DNA of 41,005 nucleotides, from positions 1 to 41,005 of the forward strand of contig CAXMWX010000010.1 of the NCBI GenBank assembly GCA_963422205.2, written 5' to 3'. A program made the position numbers and the translations under genes. How positions within the stretch are numbered: position 1 is the stretch's first letter; each line of letters begins with the position of its first letter. This DNA comes from Gammaproteobacteria bacterium (GTDB lineage Bacteria; Pseudomonadota; Gammaproteobacteria; Eutrophobiales; Eutrophobiaceae). A model generated the notes under the pieces. It worked only from the letters and a program-made list of their open reading frames with translations. It was not told where the DNA came from and searched no databases. This document shows positions 29,763 to 41,005 of the stretch, in pieces.

Positions 29763-30917
29763 CTACTGTATCCACACCGAGATGGCCGTGGCTGGCAGCG
29801 GTTTGCATATATAATCGCCCTGTACATGCTCAACCGCCAGCCCCTTGATGTGAGCGAATTTTTCCTTTGAGTCAATCCCCTTGATGCAGCAATCAAGCCC
29901 CAGGCGCTGCACAGAATCCAGCAGTGAAGCGGTCTTGTTTTCGCTGTTGCTTTGTGCTGCTGTCTGCGGCAACACGCCATAATCAAGTTTGACTCCGGTG
30001 AAAGGCAACGCATGCTGCTGGATGATGCTCATTGCATGGCTGTCGGCATTGTCAACTGTGAGCATAAACCCGGCCGAGCGCAAACGGGATAGGTGTTTTG
30101 CTGCCTTGCCAGCGTCCTGTAAATCAGTAAAATTCTGAATTTCAAGCACGATGTTTTCCGGCAAGATGTCGTGTTCGGCCAACACCTGGCCAAGCTGTTC
30201 AGGCAGCTCGCTATTCATCAGGAGAGTTAAGGGGGTATTAAGGGAGATGTTTATCTGCCGGTTACGCTTGAACAGCGACAGGCATTTCTCCAGCCCTGCC
30301 TTCAGCACGTGCAGGGTGAATTTTTCCAATAACCCATGCTGCTCAATGATGTGCATAAACTCACTGGGCAGTCGCAAATTACCGTGTTCGTCTTTCCATC
30401 TGGCCAGGAACTCAATGGCAGCGGGGGCATTGTTCAGCAGCGAATATACCGGCTGGTAGTAGACATATATCGCCTGGTTTTGAAGCGCATTGATGATGTC
30501 CTGTTTGCCGATTTTATCGGCAGAGCGGTCGGCCGGCTGATTTTGGTAATAACGATTAAAGATATTGGTCAGCAACTCGGACTCAAAGGGTTTGGAACAC
30601 ACGCCCGCTATGGTCAGCTGCATGGACTTGGCAAGCAGGCTGGTATCTTCAATAATATTCCTCTCAAGGCCGCTCATGAGTATGATCGGTGTTTTGACCT
30701 GTTCAGAGGCAAGGAATTTTAAGATTCCGGTGCTGTCCTGCTGCCCTATCTGCAAATCCAGCATGATCAGGCTGGGGCTAAATTCAAGATACGAATCGGC
30801 GAATTGTTCTGGCTGTTGAATGACGCAGGTTTCATAACCTCTTGATTTTGCAACCCGTGAGACGAATGCACAGATGCGTGCATCATCATCAAGGATGAGT
30901 GCGCGATTTTCCAGCAT
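29763..30917 (-). CDS. Receiver + degenerate EAL domain protein
   Basis: LILDDD / MLDLQ receiver; YYQPV, EFLARW, KLD, QGDY EAL fold. Confidence 0.88.
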   Translation of the reverse strand: MLENRALILDDDARICAFVSRVAKSRGYETCVIQQPEQFADSYLEFSPSLIMLDLQIGQQDSTGILKFLASEQVKTPIILMSGLERNIIEDTSLLAKSMQLTIAGVCSKPFESELLTNIFNRYYQNQPADRSADKIGKQDIINALQNQAIYVYYQPVYSLLNNAPAAIEFLARWKDEHGNLRLPSEFMHIIEQHGLLEKFTLHVLKAGLEKCLSLFKRNRQINISLNTPLTLLMNSELPEQLGQVLAEHDILPENIVLEIQNFTDLQDAGKAAKHLSRLRSAGFMLTVDNADSHAMSIIQQHALPFTGVKLDYGVLPQTAAQSNSENKTASLLDSVQRLGLDCCIKGIDSKEKFAHIKGLAVEHVQGDYICKPLPATAISVWIQ

Positions 30918-31113
30918 GTCAGGTTGTGATGTCAGGTTTTGCTCAAATTGTACAACGAACTATAGCGTATTTTACGATGATAACTTTGACACTTTGGCTA
31001 ATGGTAGTTTAAAGACATGATTTTGTTAAGGAGTGTGAGCGTTTGTAAATAAAATGGGTATGAGTAAATTTTTGCATTTATTTTTGCATCTAAAAAAGTT
31101 ATATCTATACGTT

Positions 31114-31830
31114 ATGAGTCAACACATTCTGGTCGTTGATGATGACGAACGTGTATGCAGTTTATTGGCGCGCTACCTGCAAAATGAAGGGTATCGTGTG
31201 AGTACGGTCAATAGCGGCAGAACCATGTTGCAGTTGATCGAGCGGGATCTGCCGGCCTTGGTGGCGCTTGATCTGATGCTGCCCGAGGATAACGGGCTGG
31301 CCCTGGCGGCTGATTTACGCAGCAAATACGATATTGGCATTATCATGTTGACCGGCAAGCGTGATATCGTTGACCGGGTGGTGGGCCTGGAGATGGGCGC
31401 TGATGATTACTTGGCCAAGCCGTTTGATGAGCGAGAGCTGCTGGCGAGGATTAGAAGCGTCCTGCGGCGCTTCTCCAGGATTAACAGCGGTGCGGCAAAC
31501 ACTGGCAGATGTGCCCGGTTTGCCGGCTGGACGTTAAATTTTGATGCCAATGAGCTGACCTCGGCAACGGGCGAGGTGGTGCATCTGACAAACTACGAAT
31601 ACATTATCATGGAGGCATTCGTAAAATCACCGAACAAGGTGTTCAGCCGTGATAACGTGTTGAACCTGACCAAGGGTGCAGAGTGGGTGCCTGCCGATCG
31701 CAGTGTCGATGTATTGATCGGAAAATTGAGAAAAAAACTGGAAAATGGCGACACCTCCCGCGCCTGGCGTTTGATCAAGACAGTGCGGGGCGTGGGGTAC
31801 AAGTTTACTGCTGATGTCACCTACGATTGA
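31114..31830 (+). CDS. OmpR/PhoB family response regulator
   Basis: ILVVDDD, LDLMLP, GLEMGADDY.AKPF, RSVDVLI.KLRKK, IKTVRGVGY. Confidence 0.93.
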   Translation: MSQHILVVDDDERVCSLLARYLQNEGYRVSTVNSGRTMLQLIERDLPALVALDLMLPEDNGLALAADLRSKYDIGIIMLTGKRDIVDRVVGLEMGADDYLAKPFDERELLARIRSVLRRFSRINSGAANTGRCARFAGWTLNFDANELTSATGEVVHLTNYEYIIMEAFVKSPNKVFSRDNVLNLTKGAEWVPADRSVDVLIGKLRKKLENGDTSRAWRLIKTVRGVGYKFTADVTYD

Positions 31831-31844
31831 CATGCGCTGCTGTG

Positions 31845-34800
31845 TCAATGTCTGATTTCTTGCTGGTATACTGCCTCCTGCTGCTCGATCAATTCGTGTA
31901 TTTGCTGTGTCAGCTCTTCCTTGGAGTAGGGTTTTCTCAACAAGGGAAACGTACCATCATAGACACTGGCCCCGTCGGTTTCATGTTCGCTGAAGCCGGT
32001 TGCCAGGATCACCTTGATGTTCGGATAATTCTGTAATGCCCAAGCAGCAAGCTCCCGGCCATTCATGCCGCCGGGCAGGATATTGTCGCTGAATAACACA
32101 TCAATAGTGGGATTACTTTCAAGCATGGTGATAGCAGATTTTGCATCATGCGCTTCCAGTACGCGATAGCCCAGGCTTTGCAGGCATTTCACGGCAAACT
32201 TTCTTACCCTGGTCTCATCTTCGATCACCAGAACGGTTTCTTTGATGTTCTCTGCGGCGATGATGGGGGTGTTCTCATCGGCGGCGGCATCATCATGGTG
32301 CGTGTCATGATCCGTATATTCTGGCATGTACAAGCTGATGCTGGTGCCGACATCAGGCTGGCTGGAGATGGCAAGACTGCCCTCTGACTGATTGACAAAA
32401 CCATACACCATGCTCAAGCCTAAGCCGCTGCCTTTATCCGGGGCCTTGGTGGTAAAGAAAGGCTCACAGACCTGTTTGATGATCTTCGCATCCATACCAC
32501 AGCCATTATCGGTCACGCTGACGGTGATATACTCGCCGGGTTTGATATTCAGGGTTTTCGCTTTGCCGGGGGAGGTGACTGTTTCCTGATCAACGGTGAT
32601 ATTGATCACCCCTGCCCGGCTGGATGACTCCATGGCATCTCTTGCATTGATCATCAGATTCAGCACGGCATTATCAAACTTGGTCGGATCGATATAGACG
32701 ATCGGATTATTCTTTGCCAGTGAAATAGTGAAATCAATATCCTCGGTGATCATGCGCCTGAATAATCTCGCTGCATGTTCAACCTGCTTGTTGATCTCCA
32801 CCACTTGCGGTTTCAAGGATTGTTTGCTGGAGAATGCGAGCAGTTGTTCGGTCAACTCGGCGCCATCATCACTGGCAGATAAGGCATCGGCCAGCATCTC
32901 TTCCGTCTCGGGGTCTTTACCGGCAAACTTCTCTAACAGCAAGCTGATATTGCCACGGATAACCGTCAGCAGATTGTTAAAGTCATGGGCAACCCCACCG
33001 GTCAGCCGGCCTACCGCTTCCATCTTCTGTGCCTGAGAGAGCTGATCGTCTTTCTCTTTTGATTCGGTCATATCAACCATGGTACCTTGCAGCAGCCGGT
33101 TGCCTTTTTTGTCAGTGACCGGGCGGACAATATCCCGTACCCATTTTGTGTTATTGGCACTGTCATAAATACGGTATTGAATCTCACCAAACGTATCGTT
33201 AAGATCGACAGAACGATAAAAATCCCGCACTTCCTGTCGATCAGCCGGATCAATATTCTTCATCCACAGATCATGCCGCATCCACGCCTCCGGCTCATAG
33301 CCCAGTTGATCCCGTATCTGGCTGCCGATATACGTTGTCTTCCAATCCTTCAGGTTCACCTCCCAAGGTATGGCGTTGGTGGCATTGAGAATGCTTTGAT
33401 AGCGCCGTTCATTTTGCAGCAGCGCATGTTCAATCTGTTTTTTATCGGTGATATCCCGGCCAATGGACAGCACATGCCATTTGCCATCATCGCTGTCCTT
33501 ATAACGCATCATGGTGATTTCATAACAGGTCGACTCATCCGTGTGCATATTGTTCCAGCGCTCAAATGTGACAACAGCCCCACCCAGGGCATCCTCCAGC
33601 ATGGATTTTAAGGTGACAAACTTCTCAGTCCTCAACACATCCGCTATGTTTTTGCCGATGATATCTGCCTCGCTTTCACCTATAAACCGCAAGTATGGTG
33701 CATTGACATATTCATAGTTAAAGCTGTCATCCATCACCACCACGGCATCATTAATGGCAGCCGAGATTTTCTCGTAACGGTATAATTTCTCTTCTGCTTC
33801 GTGTATGTGGGTAATGTCCTGACTGGTTGCAATCAGACAGGCTTGATTTTGCAGCCTGATTTTTTTCGTCGAAAACAAGGTAATAATTATCTCGCCAGAC
33901 TTTTTCCGAACCCGTATCTTGCGGTTTGATATGCTGATCCCCCGCCGCACCATATCGAATATCTCTGTCCGTTCTGCCGGGTTGGCATACAGGTTAAGCT
34001 CTGTTGAGCATTTGCCAATGACCTCCTCTGGCCGGAAACCCAGGGTGTGATAAATCTCCTGATTGGCATCAATTATTTTCTCATCTTCCAATGAGGTGAT
34101 GATGACGACATCCCCTGTTGCATGAAATGTTTTTGAAAACTTCTCCTCTGATGCCTTTAATGCTTTTTCGATCTGTATCTTCTGTGTGACATCTGTCATC
34201 GTTATCCATGCACGCTTATGCTGGCCGTTTTCAATCAGCCCGGTGGCAAAAATTGAGATATACATTTTTCCCTTGCCGGGTTCGCCATCTACGGAAATGA
34301 TGTAGTCACTTAACACGTAATTATTTGATATGTAGGCATCCAGCACATTATGGCGATAGGCATCACCGATATTAGCCAGCTTCCCATAGCGCATACCGAT
34401 AAGCTCATCAGGCGAATTAAAGTTCAAAATGTTGCAGGCGCTGGCGTTGCATTCTTTTATGATGGCATTGGCCAATGCCGCTTTTTGCTCTTGCAGCGGG
34501 GTTAATATGCTAAACGGCGTTTCACATTCATAGCGAATGATGCCGTAACCGGCAGAGCGGATAAAATTTTTATAACGCACCTCGGCGGCGATGAGTTCAT
34601 TTCTGGTCTGTTCTCTGTTCGCTAAATTGGTTGCGATTAAAAACACACAGGGTATGCCGTTGAATTTGATAACAGTCGCTGATATCAACACCTGCACATG
34701 TTCGCCATTTTTTCTCTGACGTATGGTCTCAAAGTGATTGCAGGAGCGTTTGTTCTTTAGATCAGCAATGAGTTTTTTGCGTTGCTGGTTATCCGGCCAC

Positions 34801-35225
34801 AACTCCAGACCAACGACCGACTGCCCAAGCGCCTCTTCCCTGGTATAACCGGTGAGTTCCGTAAACCCGCTGTTCACCCACATCAACGTACTGTCGCTGA
34901 GTTTTTCAACCTCAACTGAATCTGGTATGGCGTCCAGGGCCTGTAGAAAAATCGTGCCTTCGGGCATCTTCCTGGCATGCGTTTTGCCCAGCAGGAAGCC
35001 AACGGCCATGCCGACCAGGGCAATAATACAGGAGATAATGATGAGTTCGGTTATCGCCGGATGTATCGTATCCAGCTGCATCGCCATCAAATCCGGCGTG
35101 GCATTGGGAAACGTTAATTGCAGCAGGTCGTATTCAGCGTAGATATACAGAAATGCAAAGGCCAGAACAACGGTCAGTACCAGGGTGAATACCCCCGGCA
35201 GGCTCCCCTGAAATTTTCTCGCCAT
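31845..35225 (-). CDS. Membrane-anchored multi-PAS hybrid sensor histidine kinase
   Basis: Two N-terminal hydrophobic helices, about 5 PAS/PAC repeats, GGVAHDFNNLL H-box, NARDAM, DNGCG, PFFTTK, GLGL, C-terminal receiver. Confidence 0.93.
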   Translation of the reverse strand: MARKFQGSLPGVFTLVLTVVLAFAFLYIYAEYDLLQLTFPNATPDLMAMQLDTIHPAITELIIISCIIALVGMAVGFLLGKTHARKMPEGTIFLQALDAIPDSVEVEKLSDSTLMWVNSGFTELTGYTREEALGQSVVGLELWPDNQQRKKLIADLKNKRSCNHFETIRQRKNGEHVQVLISATVIKFNGIPCVFLIATNLANREQTRNELIAAEVRYKNFIRSAGYGIIRYECETPFSILTPLQEQKAALANAIIKECNASACNILNFNSPDELIGMRYGKLANIGDAYRHNVLDAYISNNYVLSDYIISVDGEPGKGKMYISIFATGLIENGQHKRAWITMTDVTQKIQIEKALKASEEKFSKTFHATGDVVIITSLEDEKIIDANQEIYHTLGFRPEEVIGKCSTELNLYANPAERTEIFDMVRRGISISNRKIRVRKKSGEIIITLFSTKKIRLQNQACLIATSQDITHIHEAEEKLYRYEKISAAINDAVVVMDDSFNYEYVNAPYLRFIGESEADIIGKNIADVLRTEKFVTLKSMLEDALGGAVVTFERWNNMHTDESTCYEITMMRYKDSDDGKWHVLSIGRDITDKKQIEHALLQNERRYQSILNATNAIPWEVNLKDWKTTYIGSQIRDQLGYEPEAWMRHDLWMKNIDPADRQEVRDFYRSVDLNDTFGEIQYRIYDSANNTKWVRDIVRPVTDKKGNRLLQGTMVDMTESKEKDDQLSQAQKMEAVGRLTGGVAHDFNNLLTVIRGNISLLLEKFAGKDPETEEMLADALSASDDGAELTEQLLAFSSKQSLKPQVVEINKQVEHAARLFRRMITEDIDFTISLAKNNPIVYIDPTKFDNAVLNLMINARDAMESSSRAGVINITVDQETVTSPGKAKTLNIKPGEYITVSVTDNGCGMDAKIIKQVCEPFFTTKAPDKGSGLGLSMVYGFVNQSEGSLAISSQPDVGTSISLYMPEYTDHDTHHDDAAADENTPIIAAENIKETVLVIEDETRVRKFAVKCLQSLGYRVLEAHDAKSAITMLESNPTIDVLFSDNILPGGMNGRELAAWALQNYPNIKVILATGFSEHETDGASVYDGTFPLLRKPYSKEELTQQIHELIEQQEAVYQQEIRH

Positions 35226-35336
35226 GATAGTAACCTTCGCTTACATACTGGTGGAACAGGCATCTGCACTGTTTTTGACTGTGCAGTTTAAACTTCAATA
35301 ATAGCCTATTTTTGACCGAAACGGATAATTTTTTCT

Positions 35337-35351
35337 GGGGGGGGGGGGGGG
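35337..35351 (+). repeat. G15 homopolymer
   Basis: 15 consecutive G, 112 nt upstream of the kinase start. Confidence 0.9.
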
Positions 35352-35412
35352 ATAAAACCCTTTATTAACAAGTAGTTAGGTAGTGATTATAAGGTGTAAC
35401 CTGAGTTAAATA

Positions 35413-35507
35413 ATCGCCCGCAGGTGCCGGTTTCAGGCCGAAGTGGCCGATGATCCCGCCAACATAGTGCCCCGGTTTTCTTTAGATCATGCCCACCTGC
35501 GGGCGAT
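35413..35507. repeat. 95-bp element with perfect 14-bp terminal inverted repeat
   Basis: atcgcccgcaggtg (35413-35426) / cacctgcgggcgat (35494-35507). Confidence 0.75.
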
Positions 35508-35592
35508 GGCGGCCAGGGCACTTACCGCCGGGCAGGGGTGATAAGTTAAGCCGAATTCCGGCCGGCCGTATCATCCGCCGGTCTGAGCACTT

Positions 35593-35677
<85 letters not shown>

Positions 35678-35757
35678 CAACGATCAGGGCCGCCAAGTAT
35701 AGGGAAATATGCCGGCCATTTCATTGCCTTGTATGGGTTTCTGGTAGACTGCCCGCC

Positions 35758-37900
<2,143 letters not shown>

Positions 37901-37999
37901 AGGCCAGCGACCGATTACCTTATTTAAGTATAGACTTTGCTCCTGCCAACATGAATAATCAGGGCTAAAAATACCATCATCGAAGGGGACTGTCAGGAC

Positions 38000-39502
38000 A
38001 TGAAGGAGAGTATATTCCACGCCACCAGGGAGAATTTTCTCGGCCATTCGGCTGCCTGGTATAAAAAAACCATTATCTTGTTTTTAGTGATCAATCCGGT
38101 GGTTTTTTTTCTGATCGATCCCTTTCTGGCGGGCTGGCTGGTTGTGCTGGAATTTATCTTTACGCTGGCGATGGCATTGAAATGCTACCCCTTGCAACCG
38201 GGCGGCCTGCTCGCCCTGGAAGCGGTGTTGCTGGGCATGACCACGCCGGCCTCGGTGATGCACGAGGTGGAGACGAATCTGGGCGTGATCCTGCTGCTGG
38301 TGTTCATGGTGGCCGGGATCCACTTCATGCGGGACATGCTGCTGTTCACCTTCACCCGCATCCTCCTGGGTGTGCGTAACAAGCTCATCCTGTCTTTCCT
38401 GTTCAGCTTCTCGGCCGCCGTGCTGTCGGCTTTTCTGGATGCCTTGACCGTCACCGCCGTGCTGATCTCGGTGGCGGTTGGTTTTTACTCTATCTATCAC
38501 AAGGTGGCGTCCGGCAAGACCTTCCATGATGAGCATGATCACACCGGCGATGAGTCCATATATGCCTATCGCCGGGAAGACCTGGATCGCTTCCGCAGTT
38601 TCTTACGCAGCCTGGTCATGCACGGTGCTGTGGGTACGGCGCTGGGCGGTGTGTGTACGCTGGTCGGCGAGCCACAAAACCTGCTCATCGCAGCGAAGAT
38701 GGACTGGAATTTCGTCGATTTTTTTGTCCGCATGATGCCTATCACCATGCCGACTTTTGTTGCGGGCTTATTGACCTGTATGGTGCTGGAGAGGCTCGGC
38801 TGGTTTGGTTACGGCGCCAGGATGCCGGATAAGGTGTGGGCGATACTGGCCAGATTTGACGCCGAACAGGCCGCAAGACGCACCTCCCGCATGAAGGCAA
38901 AACTGATTGCCCAGGCGCTGATAGCGGGTGTGCTGGTGCTGGCACTGGCCTTTCATGTGGCCGAGGTCGGCTTGATTGGGCTGATGGTCATTGTGTTGCT
39001 GACGGCCGCTACCGGCGTGATTGAAGAGCATCAGATCGGCCATGCCTTTGAGGAGGCCCTGCCGTTTACCTCCCTGCTGGTCGTGTTCTTTGCCATCGTG
39101 GCGGTGATCCACGATTTGCATCTGTTCTCGCCGGTCACCGCTTATGTCCTGTCTTTATCGACCGAGATCCAGCCGATGATGTTATTTGTGGTCAATGGCC
39201 TGTTGTCGATGATCAGTGATAATGTCTTTGTCGCCACTGTCTATATCAATGAAGTGATAACAGCACACGAGGCCGGCAGCATTACTCGTGAGCATCTTGA
39301 TGTGCTGGCGATTGCGATCAATACCGGCACCAACCTGCCCAGCGTGGCAACGCCGAACGGCCAGGCGGCCTTTCTGTTCCTGCTGACATCGGCCCTGGCG
39401 CCATTGATACGCTTGTCCTACATACGCATGTTCATCATGGCGATTCCCTACACGATTGTGCTGTCGATAGTTGGGCTGGCGGCAATCGCCATACACTTTT
39501 AA
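38000..39502 (+). CDS. nhaB: Na+/H+ antiporter NhaB
   Basis: [62 protein letters not shown]. Confidence 0.96.
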   Translation: MKESIFHATRENFLGHSAAWYKKTIILFLVINPVVFFLIDPFLAGWLVVLEFIFTLAMALKCYPLQPGGLLALEAVLLGMTTPASVMHEVETNLGVILLLVFMVAGIHFMRDMLLFTFTRILLGVRNKLILSFLFSFSAAVLSAFLDALTVTAVLISVAVGFYSIYHKVASGKTFHDEHDHTGDESIYAYRREDLDRFRSFLRSLVMHGAVGTALGGVCTLVGEPQNLLIAAKMDWNFVDFFVRMMPITMPTFVAGLLTCMVLERLGWFGYGARMPDKVWAILARFDAEQAARRTSRMKAKLIAQALIAGVLVLALAFHVAEVGLIGLMVIVLLTAATGVIEEHQIGHAFEEALPFTSLLVVFFAIVAVIHDLHLFSPVTAYVLSLSTEIQPMMLFVVNGLLSMISDNVFVATVYINEVITAHEAGSITREHLDVLAIAINTGTNLPSVATPNGQAAFLFLLTSALAPLIRLSYIRMFIMAIPYTIVLSIVGLAAIAIHF

Positions 39503-39554
39503 TCCGCTGCCAGTCTGCCTCGATGGCGGCTCAAGGTGCTTGCCGGGGCAGTGC

Positions 39555-40175
39555 TTATCTCGCCTGCATGATGGTGCGTATCTCCCTGGCGGCATCACGA
39601 CAACGCTGCGCCAGCGCCCTGACCTCGGTGGCGATGACGCCAAAGCCCCGGCCCTCATCACCGGCACGGGCAGCCTCAACCGCCGCATTTAAGGCCAGGA
39701 TGTTGGTCTGAAAGGCCATCTCATCGATCATCTTGGTAATATCGCTGACCTGGGCGACATGGGTTTGTATCGCCAGATAATCGGTCGCATACCACCATTC
39801 AATGGCCAGGCCGGCGGGCGTCCCGGAGTCGTACTCTATCGGATAGGCGCTGATGTGAAACTTCTCCTTGCCCACATCAACAAAGCGGGCGAAGCGCTGC
39901 CGTTTTTTATCCTGCAATCTCGTCAGCACCGCCGGGGTGAGCAGCGGAATGTCGAACAGTGACAGGCCGATCAGGCGTTCCTGATCGAAGGCGGGGTAGA
40001 GTTTTTTGATCACCCGCCGATGTTGCCGCAGCAGTGCGGTGGTGGATTCGTTGGCGAAGGTGATGGTGAGGTCTGAGTCCAGCAGCAGAATGGCTGTGCC
40101 GGTCTTGTTAAGCACATCTAAGGTATTTAATAACACCTGTGGTTGTGCCTGTTCAATCATTGCCATAGCAGTCAT
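39555..40175 (-). CDS. Soluble PAS + truncated MCP signalling domain protein
   Basis: Aer2-type PAS ([15 protein letters not shown]) followed by [24 protein letters not shown]. Confidence 0.88.
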   Translation of the reverse strand: MTAMAMIEQAQPQVLLNTLDVLNKTGTAILLLDSDLTITFANESTTALLRQHRRVIKKLYPAFDQERLIGLSLFDIPLLTPAVLTRLQDKKRQRFARFVDVGKEKFHISAYPIEYDSGTPAGLAIEWWYATDYLAIQTHVAQVSDITKMIDEMAFQTNILALNAAVEAARAGDEGRGFGVIATEVRALAQRCRDAAREIRTIMQAR

Positions 40176-40735
40176 AGTCAGTACCTGTTAGTTTACGATC
40201 GTTGCGCCGCCATGCAGGTATATGACCGTCGCATTGCCGCCGGATAACTTAAAACACAAGACGACTCCGACTGGCTTGGCTTTAGTCCGCCATGCCACTT
40301 AACAGTTCCATAAAAAACGCAACGCATGCAGCGATGTTAGGCGATGACTCGACAAACCCTCGTCTGTTCCTGGTCTAAGGATCATCCGGTGGTAATTCCC
40401 GGCAACTTCCGGGGTGGCAGTGTCGCTCGCTGTAGCATTTTACCACAGGGTTTTGGCATCTCGACCCGGCACCAGCATCACTTACCTGCATCTTAGTAAT
40501 TGACCTTACAGTGTGGCTTTGAGAGGTGTCTTGTTTGCTTACAATTTGTTACATTACAATCTATTCACAAAAACAATATAGTCACAAAACGCTGATGTTA
40601 TGATGTGAGTTGGTTAAAAAAGATAACAATTAATCACTACGGATGTGGCGTTAATTAACGAATAAATGAACGGGGCCAGACGATGGGTTGCACAGTGATC
40701 AAAGGCGGGGTTATGGCAATTTCGGGGGGAAGAGG

Positions 40736-41005
40736 GTGGAGGATATTAAATACCTTGAGATGCTGAACAAAACCGGCACGGCCATCCTGCTGCTGGATCG
40801 TGAGCTTCTGGTTACCTTCGCCAACAAGGCGACCCGGCAGCTGCTCTGGGAGCACCGGCGGGAGATAAAACAACTCTACCCGGCCTTTGAGCATGACCAG
40901 TTGATCGGCCTGTCGCTGTCTGCCATTCCCTTAATCAGGCCGGAGATACTCGCACGGCTGCAAGACAAAGAGCAGCAGAGCTTCAATAAATTTATTGATG
41001 TGGGC
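40736..41005 (+). CDS. PAS domain paralogue of 39555-40175 (3' end outside window)
   Basis: Absent from the ORF track. GTG start after GGAAGAGG: [90 protein letters not shown]; 53/84 identical to the neighbour by manual alignment. Confidence 0.85.
   Translation, partial: MEDIKYLEMLNKTGTAILLLDRELLVTFANKATRQLLWEHRREIKQLYPAFEHDQLIGLSLSAIPLIRPEILARLQDKEQQSFNKFIDVG

Noticed and set aside
35413-35507. Hammerhead ribozyme (GGCC-loop-GGCC-TGAAAC on the minus strand)
   Set aside because: The required CUGANGA core is absent at the expected position
40200-40495. c-di-GMP riboswitch or leader peptide upstream of the mini-MCP (9-bp IR atgcaggta/tacctgcat; 38-aa Cys-containing ORF)
   Set aside because: No GEMM consensus recognised; the IR is short and about 270 nt apart; the ORF lacks a clear RBS

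Overview
A 41 kb chromosomal segment of a GC-moderate gammaproteobacterium, probably capable of sulfide oxidation. Most of it is housekeeping: osmC/yhfA-like (partial), tusA, two class Ia DAHP synthases, hinT, pdxH, a cyclophilin, csp, cysE, valS-holC-pepA / lptFG-RDD, tRNA-Glu(CUC), pcnB-folK-dNK-panB-panC, a CinA-like gene, queD, tRNA-Leu(CAA), queA-tgt and nhaB. Accessory parts: (i) fccAB sulfide dehydrogenase divergent from zur-znuACB, with a near-consensus Zur box between them; (ii) a sulfotransferase bracketed by an 84-bp direct repeat and REP-like palindromes; (iii) a CmoA-like gene that appears to lack the Cx-SAM arginine; (iv) a signalling block next to tRNA-Leu (degenerate REC-EAL, OmpR-type regulator, multi-PAS hybrid kinase with an upstream G15 tract); (v) at the right edge, a head-to-head pair of Aer2-type PAS paralogues, the complete one being a 206-aa minimal chemoreceptor that has only the MCP hairpin tip. 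No CRISPR array, integrase, transposase or rRNA was seen. All calls come from motif recognition by eye; no database search was run.
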